Source of the DNA: Lytechinus pictus
Taxonomy: Eukaryota
NCBI RefSeq assembly: GCF_037042905.1
Contig: NC_087251.1
Location: 38,814,001-38,878,000, forward strand
DNA length: 64,000 nt
Reading direction: 5' to 3'
Shown here: positions 1 through 12,145 of the stretch, piece after piece
Layout of the letters: every line of letters begins with the position of its first letter
Position numbering within the stretch: position 1 is the stretch's first letter
Translations under genes and position numbers: made by a program
The notes under the pieces: model-generated
Databases searched by the model: none
What the model saw: the letters and a program-made list of their open reading frames with translations, nothing else
Told to the model about the DNA's origin: nothing

Positions 1-32
1 GCCATTAAGACGATACATATTTCAACGATTAA

Positions 33-445
33 ATAATGCGAGCGCGAAGTGCGAGCTGAACATTTTTGATATTCCAACCTAAAAAGATGAGATTTCAAAT
101 CCCCCAATGGGACATTCGATTCATGCTTGTCAATCATGAAAAAGCATGGGTAATTTTTGGTATCTTCCTACAATAATAATGCAAGCGCAAAGCGCGAGCA
201 GAAATTTTTTGATATTCTGATCCGAAACTGGATAATTTTAGCACGTTTTGAATAAGATCAAGCTTTGTATCTAAAAAAACATGCGTGCGCGTGTTTTAGA
301 GTTAGACAGAATCCTGGCAATCTGAATACATTTCATTTTTCATCATAAAAATCAATAATGCGAGCGCAGAGCCCGAACTGAAAATAATATTTGAAATTCC
401 GATGTGAAAAGGGTCAATTTAAGCACTATTTACAGCACTGTGTAT
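33..445 (+). repeat. Degenerate repeat with core AATAATGCGAGCGCGAAGCGCGAGCTGA (left part, before the LINE insertion)
   Basis: Motif copies at ~33-59, ~176-200 and ~354-381, separated by AT-rich diverged spacers of ~140-180 bp. The same pattern resumes after the LINE. Confidence 0.75.
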
Positions 446-575
446 ATAGGGAAATTTGATTTTTTTTTCTCTTTAATCCTCATAAGAGGGACTTTATTTG
501 TTCATATGATATTTACAATCGTTTTTACAAACGTCACATACAAAAATATACATAGATGAAATAATGAAACAGGAA

Positions 576-3399
576 CTAAAGGATTAAAAGAACCTTTGAG
601 ACCTGTTTTAAATCAAGTCTCTTCTGATTACATTTTCTTTTTAAATAACTTCGAATTTCTACCTTTAGATCTTTCATAAAATAAAAAGCATGAGTCATAT
701 GCTTGTCGTTTCCAAAACATTTTCTAATATAATTCCTATAGATTACAAATTGTGAAAAATTTATAATAAGGTTAACCACATTCATTTCTGTTTTTTCTAT
801 TTCATGACCTATCACGATAATTTTTTCGTTCAAAACAATCTTTACATCGAACAAAGCATTTATCAATTTAGAAACAATTTTCCAAAAAACTGTTACCACT
901 TGACAGGTAAAAAGAATATGAATACTGGTTTCTGGAACATTACAAATATTACATAAAATATCATTTCTAATTTTCCATTTGCAAAGGTTGTCTTTACTTG
1001 GTAGTATTCTATGAATTAATTAATAATAATATTGTTTAATCCTGTTGTCGTTTATAAAATCCAGTTTAAACTCTAATAATCGTTTCCAATTAAATTCAAG
1101 AGGCAAGCCCAAGAAATCGTTCCAAAAATAAATACAAGGGAGGTCTCTTTTCTCCCTTTCAATCATCAAATGATAAAAATGTCTGGCTTTCATGCCATTG
1201 ATTTCTATACAGTCACCTGTTGATAGTTCAATAGTGCTGGATTTCGATGACATGCTACTTACATTTCGTGCACTATTACGTAATTTGTCAAGCCAGAACT
1301 TCGGGAACGCATTTTTTATTTTCAACAATTCAAAGATAGAAAGTAATTCTCTTTCTTTAAAAATAGTGCATATTGAATCAATCTTCTTCCATTCACCACC
1401 TGTTACGATTTGTTTAACTTTCAAAATATTGTTCTTTATCCAGTTAGGAAAATATAATACATCTTTTTTATACTTTATGTTACTATTGTACCAAATAATT
1501 TCGTTTTCAATATTCGTTACTTTAAACATATCAATATACTTTAAATCAGCCCATGAACAGAACATGTCAACATAAAATATGGGCAAATGTTTTTTCACAC
1601 AAATACGATACATATCACTCTTTTTGCAATTAAAAGTCAAACAAAGAGGCAAATCCCCGCCGATTTTCTGAGTCCAATATTCAAACAGGGTTTTCCAAGC
1701 ACTGTCTTCACCTGTAAAATATTTATTGATCCATGATAAACGTAGTGATCGACATTTTGTCTTTAAGTCAACCATTCCTAATCCCCCTTCTTTTTCAGGA
1801 TTATGACAAACATTACGTTTCACCATTTCTTTTTTGGAATTCCACAAAAAATTGTAAACTAGTTTATTAATATCTTTGATTATTTTAGAAGGGATTGGTA
1901 CTGCCTTAGCAGTATGTACTATCTGTGACATTACTACAAATTTTATTACCACCACTTTTCCATGTAATGATAATTTTCTCATTTTCCATGAGTCAAGTGT
2001 ATTTTTTATTTTTTGAACTTCATTTTCCCAATTGAGAGATTGAACAACAGAATATTTTTTCCAACAAAAACACCAAGACATTTTATAGGATCTTCAGTAA
2101 AAAGAAGATTGTTAGTTTCATTGTTGTTTATATTCATTTTCATAAGGTTTTATTTAGTCCAATTGATTTTTGGCCCAGCATATTTTCCAAACGTCTCGAC
2201 TTCTTTCATTATCTTTTTGATGCATTGTATAGAATCAGTAAAAATTGTTGTATCGTCTGCATATTGTACGATACGTATATCTCTATCGTTCAATCTATGT
2301 GGAATTTGGATCCCTTGTATTTGATTATTTTGTCTTATTTTCTGAGCTAAAACCTCTGCAACAATAATAAATAAATATGCAGAAAGTGGGCAACCTTGCC
2401 TTACGCCTCTCTCTATTGCAAATTTATCTGATATCCAACCAAAATTAAAAACACGTCCACATGCACCATTATACAGTGCGATCCAGAATAAACGAAACCG
2501 ACATTTAGCGATGATTTGTCATAACTTAATCATAAATACAATATACAAATGACCTATCAATGTAAAGCTTAGAATCTCCTCCTTCATCTCATATTACTTA
2601 GATTATTTCTCATTCGCGCATGAGTGAGCAAAAACAATTTGAATAAAGGATACCAAAAACTCATTTGGCGGGGGGTATCTGAATTTCAAAAAGAAAATCA
2701 CATGCCTACAAAGTTAAATATCTGCTCTTTCATTTGATACCTTAATCACAAAAAATGGTCCAGAAGTAAACAAGTTATGTTCCCTCGAAACAATGCTTGT
2801 ATTTCCATAATTTCATTAAATAAACTTGTTTTCACCGGTTTCTCACAGAAGCTATCGCACGGTTAACAAAAGACTTAGTGCATGGCTGATCTTCAACAAA
2901 ACGGAGTGTCGAGTGAGTTTGAACGCTAGCCTGTAAAACCTCTTCATTTTATGAAATTATTGAAATTCAAGCCTTATTTCAAATAACCAGAACTTTCTTA
3001 TTTCTTGACCATTTTCTGTAATTTAGGTATCAAATTAAAGAGCAGATATTGAACTTTTTAGAAATGTGGTTTTCGTTTTGAAACCCAGATACAGCCCGCC
3101 AAATGACTTTTCGCTATCACCTCTTCAAATTGTTTTTGCTCACTCATGCGTGAATGAAAAATGATCTAAGTAATTCCAGATGAAAGAGGAGATTCTAAGC
3201 TTTACAATGGTAGGTCATTTGTCTATTGTATTTGTGATAAAGTTATGATAAATTATTGATAAATCTCGGTTTCGTTTTTTGTGGGACGCACTGTACAACG
3301 TTTCTATCCATCTTAAAAACGAATCTTTAAAATTGAGTTCTTTTAACAAAAAGAATAGGAAATCATGATTAATGGTATCGAAACCTTTTTTTTTTTGAA
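576..3399 (-). pseudogene. LINE ORF2 remnant: reverse transcriptase C-terminal half plus CCHC-type zinc knuckle
   Basis: Manual minus-strand translation gives KGFDTINHDFL (~3388-3356), GVRQGCPLS (~2407-2381), QYADD (~2266-2252), IKCLGVFVG, LGMVDL (ORF 1020-2081) and CNICNVPETSIHILFTC (~953-903), continuing into ORF 576-899. Disrupted by stops, a frameshift and the MITE. Confidence 0.9.
2474..3293. mobile_element. Non-autonomous Tc1/mariner-type foldback MITE (820 bp)
   Basis: Ends TA|CAGTGCGATCCAGAATAAACGAAACCGA and TCGGTTTCGTTTTTTGTGGGACGCACTG|TA. TA duplication at 2472-2473 and 3294-3295. Imperfect inverted arms of roughly 300-350 bp. Removing it restores the RT frame (IETLY-NGACGR). Confidence 0.92.
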
Positions 3400-3414
3400 A
3401 TAGGGAAATTTGAT

Positions 3415-4920
3415 AGCACTATATAAATAATGCGAGCGCGAAGCTCGAGCTGATATTTTATTATTATTTTGACCTAGGATCGAGACATTTTAGGCCTAAG
3501 GACATTTTGTCATCATATAAGAATGATGACTATCTTCTATTTCTTTTCCTAAAACTTGTCAATATTTATTTCTGAAAAAGGGACAATTTATTTTTTATGA
3601 ATTCATACAAATTTCATTTCATATTTATTAATCTGTTAAGCCTAATGAGTGTGTGAAATTTGTTGACAGTGCATGAGGCCTGAAAACCTGATATTTTATG
3701 TATTTTTGTAAGCATGAATAGGATTCATTGGTTGATATATTTTTAGCAAATAATGCGAGCGCAAATCGCGATCCGGAATTTTTTAATGGGGGATTTAAGT
3801 AGTTTAATTGTTATAGAATAAATAGGTATACATAACTCACCAATCAAAATGCGAGCGCACAGCGCTAGCTCATAGGCCTTTATCATTTTTTTTTTACAAT
3901 CGAGACACCTGAAAAGGTATATTTAGAGAATCTTATATGAAATACAAAAACCTATAAAACGGACATTTTCCAGAGCACTTAAAAACATAAATTGGTAAAT
4001 AAAACAAAATAATGAAAGATCGATGTACGAGCTGAATTATGTTTTGTATATTGATATCAAAACTTGATATTTTAAACTACATGTCAGCATATTGAGCAAG
4101 ATATGTATCTCATCGAACAGGCAATGCGAGCGCGATGCGCGAGCGAAACTTTAATATAGTGACATTAAATATTAAAAAAAATTGTTTTCCAAGTCTTCTC
4201 CTTACCTTATTTCATTTACTCGTCTTCCTCCTTTTACGTTTCGTCTTCTTTTTTCTCCTTTCTTTCCCCCTTTTTTATTTCCCCGTTTTTCCCATTTTAT
4301 TTGCTCTGTCAATAGGGGGGGGGGTTGCCCTCGGGCCGCCTTGATCCGCCTATGTTAGTAGTTGTTATGATGAAAGAATGCGACCGCGAAGCGCTAGCTG
4401 AAAACTTTTATAATGATGAAATGAAAAATACATTTTCAGTTATCAGGTTAGATTATCAAATATTTTCAGCTTGTGCTTCTCGTTCGCATAAAAAACTGTA
4501 AGGTCGGGATGCGTATATAACTAAACAATCTATTTATGCCAGCGCAAAGCGCGAGCTCAATTTTTTATAAACTGACTTAAGAAGGACTAAGGTATAATTC
4601 CTATTTTAATTGCTTGTCCTTTTTCTCTTCTTTTTTTTCTTCTGTTTCTTACCCCTTTTTTGCGCCACCATGGGGGGGGGGGGGGGCAAAATATTTGCCC
4701 CCTGGATCGGCCTATGTATGTTGACTTGAAAAACACTACCACTTACATGTGGGATTGAGGCAGAGGATGCATACCTCATTAATCAAATATTGCGAGCGCG
4801 TAGCGCGACCTGAATTTGATAAGAACCCTTTTTTGTGACCCTCAACAGGGTATCTATCTCGCTAAACAGACTTAAAACTCGAAAACATTGTTTTTGTCTG
4901 TTATCGTAAAAACGGGATAT
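3415..4920 (+). repeat. Degenerate repeat with core (AATA)ATGCGAGCGCGAAGCGCGAGC (right part)
   Basis: Motif copies near 3427, 3749, 3847, 4123, 4377, 4536 and 4788, and one reversed copy near 4466-4490. Confidence 0.7.
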
Positions 4921-4997
4921 TTTAATTCAGCCGCATTAATTTAAGTTTTTTGGGCAGGACATATATTTCACTATAAACAGGCAATACGAGCAATGTT

Positions 4998-5256
4998 GCG
5001 CCCCCGGTCGAAAATGAATTTGCATGAAGCCCCCTAAGTTCAAGGTCAATTTGGCGCCCTCGGTTAAACATAAACTTGGCGCCTCCATGTGAAATATAAC
5101 TTTGCCCTCCCTCCCCCTCTCTGAAACATGTATTTGTCGCATTATGGTCAAAATTCAAATTAGCGCTCCCCTAGTTCGAACATCAATTTGGCGCCCCCCC
5201 TCCCAGTTCAAACATCAGTTCGGCGCCCCGTAGTTCGAACGTCATTTTGGCGCCAT
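4998..5256 (+). repeat. Short degenerate minisatellite with TTGGCGCCCC core (~27-31-bp period)
   Basis: Recurrent (t)tggcgcccc...gttc(g/a)aacatca units at ~4998, 5051, 5077, 5161, 5188, 5220 and 5247. Confidence 0.65.
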
Positions 5257-5280
5257 CAAATCGACGTCCAGGTCAACATC

Positions 5281-6073
5281 CCTCTTCCGTTTCCCATCTC
5301 CTTTTCTTTCTTTTTTTCTTTCTCTTATCCTCATTCCCCTTCATTCCTTTCTCTTTCTTTCTCTCTTTCTTTCCCCCTCTTCCTCTCCCCTTTTCTTCTT
5401 CTCTTCTTTTCCTCCTCTCTCTCTCTATTTTTCTTCTCTTTATTTTCCCCTTTTCTTTCATTTCTTGTCTTCCTTTCCCCCTTTTCTTCTCCTTTTCCCC
5501 CATCTTTTCTTTCCCCCTTTTCTTCTCTTTTTCTGTCTTTTCTTTCCCTCTTCCTCTCTCTTTTCTCGTTTTTCTTCTCTTCCTCCCCCCTTACTCTCTC
5601 TTTTTTTCTTCTCTTTTCCCATCTTCCTCTCTCTTTAAATATTATTATCTTCCTTCCTCTTTTTTTCTTCTTCTTTTCCCCCTTTTCCTTACTCCGTTCT
5701 TTTCTTTTAATCTTTTTTCTTCTTCTCTCCCTCCCCCTTCCTCTCTCTCTTTCTTCTCTTCTTTTCCCCTCTTCCTCTCTCTCTTTTTTCTTATCTTTCT
5801 TCCCATCTTCCTCTATTTAAATATTCTTCTCTTCCTTCCTCTTTTTTTTCTTTTTTTTCCTCATTTTCCTTTCTCCTTTCTTTTCTTCTCTCTCTTTTTT
5901 CTCTTCTTTCCCCTTTTCTTCTCCCATTTTCTTTGTCTTTCCTTTCCCCTTTTTCTTCTCTTTTTTTTCTTTTCTTCCTTTCTCCTTCTTACTCTCTTTT
6001 CTATTCTCTTCTTTTCCCATCTTCCTCTTTCTTTTTTATTCTCTCCCTTTTCCCCTCTTCCCCCCTCTTTTTT
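5281..6073 (+). repeat. Polypyrimidine (C/T) low-complexity tract, ~800 bp
   Basis: Almost purely C/T on the + strand. It generates the spurious F/L/S/P-rich and K/E/R-rich ORFs. Confidence 0.95.
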
Positions 6074-6227
6074 TGAGCTGGGGGTTGGGGGGGGGGGGGG
6101 TGAGGCAGTTCTTCCTCGGCCCCCCCCCCATGGATCTGCACCTGATAGAACCCCATGGCCTTGTATCATTTGACCTTTGGACCTCTCGATGACATTTGAT
6201 ATATCTGATCATAATTTTACACACACT

Positions 6228-6329
6228 GCGGACTATCGGACCCGCGGTCTATCGGACCCGCGGACTATCGGACCCGCGGTCTATCGGACCCGCGGTCTAA
6301 CGGACCCGCGGTCTATCGGGATGTCCCCG
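6228..6329 (+). repeat. 16-bp tandem repeat (GCGG[A/T]CTATCGGACCC)x~6 ending in GGGATGTCCCCG; probable end of a non-autonomous DNA transposon
   Basis: The tandem units are directly visible. The transposon-end interpretation is inference, and no partner end was found in the window. Confidence 0.7.
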
Positions 6330-6976
6330 TCCAGTAGATATGTGAAAAAGATGCTCGAATCTGGCAGAAAGTGTGAAATTTGGCCTACAGGGGTATTTTT
6401 GGACGCTGATTTAAAAAATTGCCGGCCCCAAGCGATCTGACCATCGGTTCGGCCGCCATTTTGAAATCCAAGATGGCCGCCATCGATGGCCACCATGGAT
6501 CTCATTTTCTCTTGATATTTCCAGTTCTACTCGATCCGTGGCTCTGAAAATCGTCATGTAGTGGTATTTTGTGATGCTGAGTATTATTATTGCTGACCCT
6601 AAGTGATCTGACGATCGGGTTGGCGGCCATCTTGAATTCCAAGATGGCCGCCATAATAAAGTTGTTTTTTCTTATTAATACTCATTCTACTTAAGCTATG
6701 GCATTGTAATTTGGCATACAGGGGTAATTTTGGGTGCTGATTAAAAAAATTGCGGGCCCCAAGCGACATGACCATCGGTTCGGACGCCATTTTGAAATCC
6801 AAGATGGCCGCCATGAAATTTTGTTTTCTCTTGTTTTTTCTTTTTATATATGATTTATGCCACTGCAGTTTACTTAACTATGACATTTTGATATCCTGAA
6901 TTAAGAAATTGACAATTCTGAAAGATATGACCATTGTGTTAGCCGCCATCTTGAATTCCAATATGGCCGCGCCATA
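6329..6976 (+). repeat. Left subterminal repeat array of the Academ element (4 units, ~155-175-bp period)
   Basis: Units GGGGTATTTT...GCTGA...CCCCAAGCGATCTGACCATCGG...GCCATYTTGAA..CCAAGATGGCCGCCAT ending at ~6483, 6654, 6814 and 6976. Confidence 0.85.
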
Positions 6977-8974
6977 ATGCTCACATGGAAAATTTCTCTA
7001 GTTCTAAAGCAAAGTCAGATATTGATACCACTGAAGGTGGCAAATCCTTTGTGCTTTGTTTATTTGTCATAGAAAGATATGAATATGAACTAGACAGTAA
7101 CTTTGAATGCGCAGCTGGGTGAAAATTCGAATTATTCTTCCAGGGACATTAAACAATAATAATTGTAATGTAAAAACAGTCTAAATGCATAGACTAGCAA
7201 TAAGTAAAAATGGGGAGTCCCCTAAATACTCGCGCGTGATTGGCTGAAAGTTGAGGAGCCACCTCAGGCACAGTACAAAGGCAAAAGCTACTCATCTTGC
7301 AGAGCTGCCAGTAGAACACTTCTTCCGAGTCATTATACGCTGGTGAGTGTATTTAAAAGCCATGTTTATATATAAAGAATTAGATTCACCATGTAGACAC
7401 TGTAAACTAAGATTATTTTGGTAAGAAAACAAAGTACTAAAAGTGGTTCCCTTAAATGATTTTATCAGCAATTTCTATTCAGTCCCACATGCTCATTATT
7501 TTGTTATATCTATGTAGACTATGAATGATAAGGGAGGGATGTCTTCTCCACTCCTAGTACCAATCACTCTAAGCACCAAGGCTATTAATTCCTGTGTTAA
7601 AAAAGTGAGTGCACGCGAATTAAATGTTGGACCTAAATTACTAGATCTTACCATGGAGCTCCATGACGAAATCTGTTCTTAAATTAGACTCTAGATATTA
7701 CTAAATTGAAAAAATGTATAAATAGTACTCGCCTGGTCTTTTCTTGGGGTATTGAAGCCTTTTTGTCCAGAACTTGCTCAACTTTTGCGGCAAATTTTGT
7801 CGCCATAGGGTTGTGCACATTCTCGTTTAATACTGGTTGTCACGTGACACGGCAATGTCGTTAGGCTGTTTGGCCTGTATTCAAGGCGTTCTATCCGTTA
7901 TGATTTTATATTGAATGAAGCTAATTCCATCAGGTATAGGCCCCTATCAAGTCAAAATCGATACAGGGATCGAGAGGGGGGGGGGGGTGGAGCCAAAAAT
8001 TTCCCAGTCACATGGTATGAAAATGATATTTTTATGATTGTCCACGATCATTAGGGCAAACCCGTGTGTGGCAGTACGGTAGCGTGATGAGTAAAAAAAA
8101 AATAAAATAAAAGAAAGAAAGAGGGCCAATGTAGGCATACATGGCGCGTGGGAATAAAGTTGCTTTATATGTTCCAAGCGAGTGAAGCAAGCGAGAAAAA
8201 AACTTTTCGTGCAAATCTAAATTTGAGATAGATATCTTAACTTACACTTTTCCTTTTCTTTTCATTAATTCCCTTCATTTCTTTTTTATCTTGGTTGTAG
8301 AACTTTCGGGGGCCCCTAGGCCTAACCCTTCCATCGTGTACCCCCAGTGCAATATCAGCAGGTGGGTCTCGATAACTCTGGATATTTAGCAATTAGACCT
8401 ATTTATAGAAAAACATAACGTTAATGTTTTGATCCCTTCCCCCCCAAAAAAGGAAAAACAATTATAAACTAAGTTATATACATCCCCCTTTTCTCATTTC
8501 GCTTTTTATTTTCTCTATTCCCTCCTTATTTTTTTTGGGGGGAGGGACCTTTTCGGGGGGCACCGCCCCTAGCTACGCGCCTACCAGATGAAGAGGCGAG
8601 CGAGCAAAACCTTTGTCACTTTTATTACAAATATCAATTTTGCAATAGATTTTGACATAACATTCGGAATTATTCTCGCATGCATTTTTCTTTCCTTTTG
8701 CTTTTTTATGGCCTTTTATTTCTCTTCCCTTTCTCTTTCTGTCTTTCTTTCTTTCTTTCTTTCTTTCTTTTCCTTCCTTCATTCCTTTTCTCTTATCCCG
8801 TTTTTTTTTGGGTGAAATCCACTGGACCGGGGATCAAGGGCCAGCCTGCATGCCCCCGGCGGTTTACGCCTCTGCCGTGGATGTAAGCTATATATACGCA
8901 TGATCTTAATCTTCATTATAGAGGCGCATCCAAGATTTTCCAAATTAAGTAGGGGGGGGGTGGGGTGAATTTTC

Positions 8975-9305
8975 TCAAGTAAAATTTGACAACTCCCAAA
9001 AAAGGTTCTTACTAAAAAAAAAAAAACCGGTCATTATATTGTCTCGCGTAAAGTTTGACAAGTTAAAAAAAAATGGTCACTCAAAATGAAAGTCATTTTG
9101 TCCGCGTAATATTCGGCAAGCCCCCCCCCCCCCACAAAAATAAGAAAAGGGAAAGTCATTTTGTCCACGTGATATTTGGCATCCCCCCCCCCCCCAAAAA
9201 AAAAAAAGGTTTTAACTATAGCAATGATCGAAGGTCATTTTGTCTCGTGTAAAATTTGACAATTTTTTTATAAAGTTGTCACTAAAAAGAAGGTCATTTT
9301 TTCCA
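8975..9305 (+). repeat. Degenerate ~55-75-bp tandem repeat (AAGGTCATTTTGTC...AAATTTGACAA)
   Basis: Recurring ggtcattttgtc / aaatttgacaa units with poly-A and poly-C spacers. Confidence 0.6.
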
Positions 9306-10415
9306 TTTCCACCACCGATTGGTAACTATAATGAATGATTATTATGTTTCATGAATTGTTCAAAATGTGTCTCTCTATCAGTTTTGCATATTAAAAAAAA
9401 TGTCAGCTCATGCTTTTTGCTCGCAATATTTTGATTAGTAAGAATTTCTTCTCTTGTATATGCGAGTTTGAGTAAATAACTAGAGAGAGAGGGGGGGGTC
9501 CCTCACCTACTTGTCCTCGCTTATTCCCAATTTTTTTTAATATTATACTCGTGTTCAGAGTGTTTCAAAGTCTTTTCTGATTTTTTTTACACTTTTTATT
9601 GTCTCGGAGCTTCCCTCTATTTCTTTTAACTATGATGTAGCCCTTTTTACTTGTTTCAATTCTTTTATGTCTCATTTCATTGAAAACATAATTATTAAAC
9701 TGACTGACTTTATTACAAAATTTTGATATTATTTTGTCTTGTTTGTTTGGCTTTCTTTTTTTCTTCTTATCCTTCTTACTTTTTCCATTTCCTTATTTTC
9801 TCTTTTATAAGGTTCATAAGGTTCATAAGGTAGTATTTATTGTCCAGATAAATAAATAAGTGGAAATTTGCATTTTTACATGGTATTGAACATACATAAC
9901 ATAGCATAGAAAATGAACATATTTACAGAAAATCAAACAATCACATATAGTCAATTATGATATACACGTGCAAATGCTACCCACTGGGTAGTATTTGAAA
10001 AAAATACTGTTATTGACATTAAAATTAAGATTGAAATGGAAATCTGAACTGAAAGTTAGATATCGGATATTGAATTGAAATTACATTAGAATTGTAATAA
10101 ATCAGTACTATAAATCTTCACAGCATTGTCCACTTGTAATTGTTATTGTTATCAGTATTTACATATTATTTTTATTTTCAATATTGTTGTTTTAAAGAAT
10201 TAACATCAACTACCCGACAAGGTAAATTTACATTATTAGGCATATCATTATTCTTATACAATTATTATTTTTATTTCATTTCATGAGGCATCCGCCAACT
10301 TATATACAACAACAACAAACATATTTATTTGGTGGTGTGCCCCTCTAAAAAGGGAGGAAAATAGGAAGGAAAAAAAGAAGAAGGGAAGGGGAAAAAAAAA
10401 GAAAGAAAAAGAAAG

Positions 10416-10464
10416 ATGATGAAAATTATCTTGGTGATGATGATGGTGGTGGTGATGGTGGCGG

Positions 10465-10495
<31 letters not shown>

Positions 10496-10555
10496 AATGA
10501 TGGTGGTAGTGGTGATGATGATGAGAATGAAGTTGGTGATGATGGTGATGATGAA
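10416..10555 (+). repeat. (GAT/GGT)n trinucleotide microsatellite
   Basis: Run of gatgatgat/ggt. Explains the poly-Met ORF 10416-10607. Confidence 0.95.
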
Positions 10556-12145
10556 GACTAGATGTAATTTTGTTATTTTGTCTTTGAAAAAATTAAGTAG
10601 TGCATAGGTGAATTTATTTAAAGTTAATTATGAAAATAGCAGAAAAAATAATTTGAAAAATTGGTATGCGTTCAGGAAAAATCCATCCCCCACCAAAAAA
10701 AAATTAAAGGTGAGATTTTTTAAATAATTATTTGTGACGGCGTAGGCCTTTGCGAGCAGCTATATCGGATATAATTATGGTAAAAAGTAAATGAAATGTC
10801 AAGAAATACGTGATAATGACTTTTATTGTACATTCAGTATATCAATAGATAACTTCATACTCTCTCCAAAAAGAAAAAAGTGGGTCATTACGGACCATTA
10901 AAAATGGGAAATTTTTGCATTTTGTATTACATAGAATATTGAGCAACTGCTCGTTTATGACGTCACAAATCAAGCATTCGAAATTCTACTAACTCCATTT
11001 TTTTTAAATAACACCTTCACCGATGTTTTGAAATTATTTTTCTTTGGCCTATATTTTCACAATCTTTTTATCAAGGTGAAATTCCCCTTTACAAAACAGT
11101 ATCCGCATGATCAGTGTGTAGCGGTAAATTATTCACCTGATAACTATAGACCTATCTATAATTCATGCGGCTATGTTTAATAATATATTGCTGTGAATAG
11201 AATGAATGTCATTAAAAACATAATCTCACTGATCACTAATGCCAGCTCGACGCGCAAACTGAAAAAATATATTTTCTGCCCCGATAATTTGATAACCCTA
11301 ACCTAACCCAATTTCTAAGTATATTTATCATAAACAGGATAACTATAGACAATTAATTGAAAACTTGATATTCTTTTGCGAAAATGAATATGAAGGACAA
11401 CTTTTTAATAAAGAACACAGTTTTAGAGCGTGATTTATATATACAACCGCTTAATCCTGTCACTGTCGGTATGACATGAAGCAGTTGGAACTTTCTGATT
11501 CCATCAGCTTAATAATTTTTGCAACAGGCGCCAGTCCAACAAACAGACAGACATTTGCCCAAACAGACAACATCTCAACCTCTGCTCATTTCTTTTTGCA
11601 CGGACACATAAAATCTCGACCTACCCATCACTTTTCTCACTATTTTCTCCTCCCTTTTATTTTCCATTAATTTTTCTTTCGTTCACTTTTTTTCTGTCCT
11701 CTTTTTCCTTCTATTTTTTTTTCTCGTCTCACCGCTTTTCCTCATCCCCCAGCCCCCGACGCCCACGCAGATTCGCAAACAATATCAAGTGTACTGTTAG
11801 GCAAGGGCGGAAATCTCTCCCTAAAGGTAGCCGGGACCAGGGGCTGGAAAATTTGACAAGAAAAAAACAAACAAACAAAAACAAAAAAGAAGGTTTATCA
11901 CCCCAAAAAGAAGGTCATCTTGACCAAAAGAAATTTGATAAGCAAACAAGCAAAAAAAAAGGGCACCCCAAAAGTAAGATCGTCTCTTCCAAAATACATA
12001 TTTTATTTCGATTTTGAATGAAAAGACCCAAAATAGTAGGGGGATGACATTTCATAATGTGTCCCCCTACTATTCTAGGTGAGGGGGACATGTCCCCCTG
12101 GAATTTGCGCCCCTGTGGGTGGGGGGTGTTGCGCCTCCCTTTCGG

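Larger units (their letters stand above)
461..3399 (-). mobile_element. 5'-truncated non-LTR retrotransposon (L1/Tx1-like LINE)
   Basis: 15-bp direct repeat ATAGGGAAATTTGAT at 446-460 and 3400-3414 (TSD). Oligo-T at 461-468 is the poly(A) tail on the minus strand, with AATAAA at 498-493. RT and zinc-knuckle coding remnants lie inside. Confidence 0.93.

Noticed and set aside
5188..6224. F/L/S-rich and K/E/R-rich ORFs (membrane-like or charged proteins)
   Set aside because: They are translations of the polypyrimidine tract.
10416..10607. Poly-Met/Val ORF
   Set aside because: It is a (GAT)n microsatellite.
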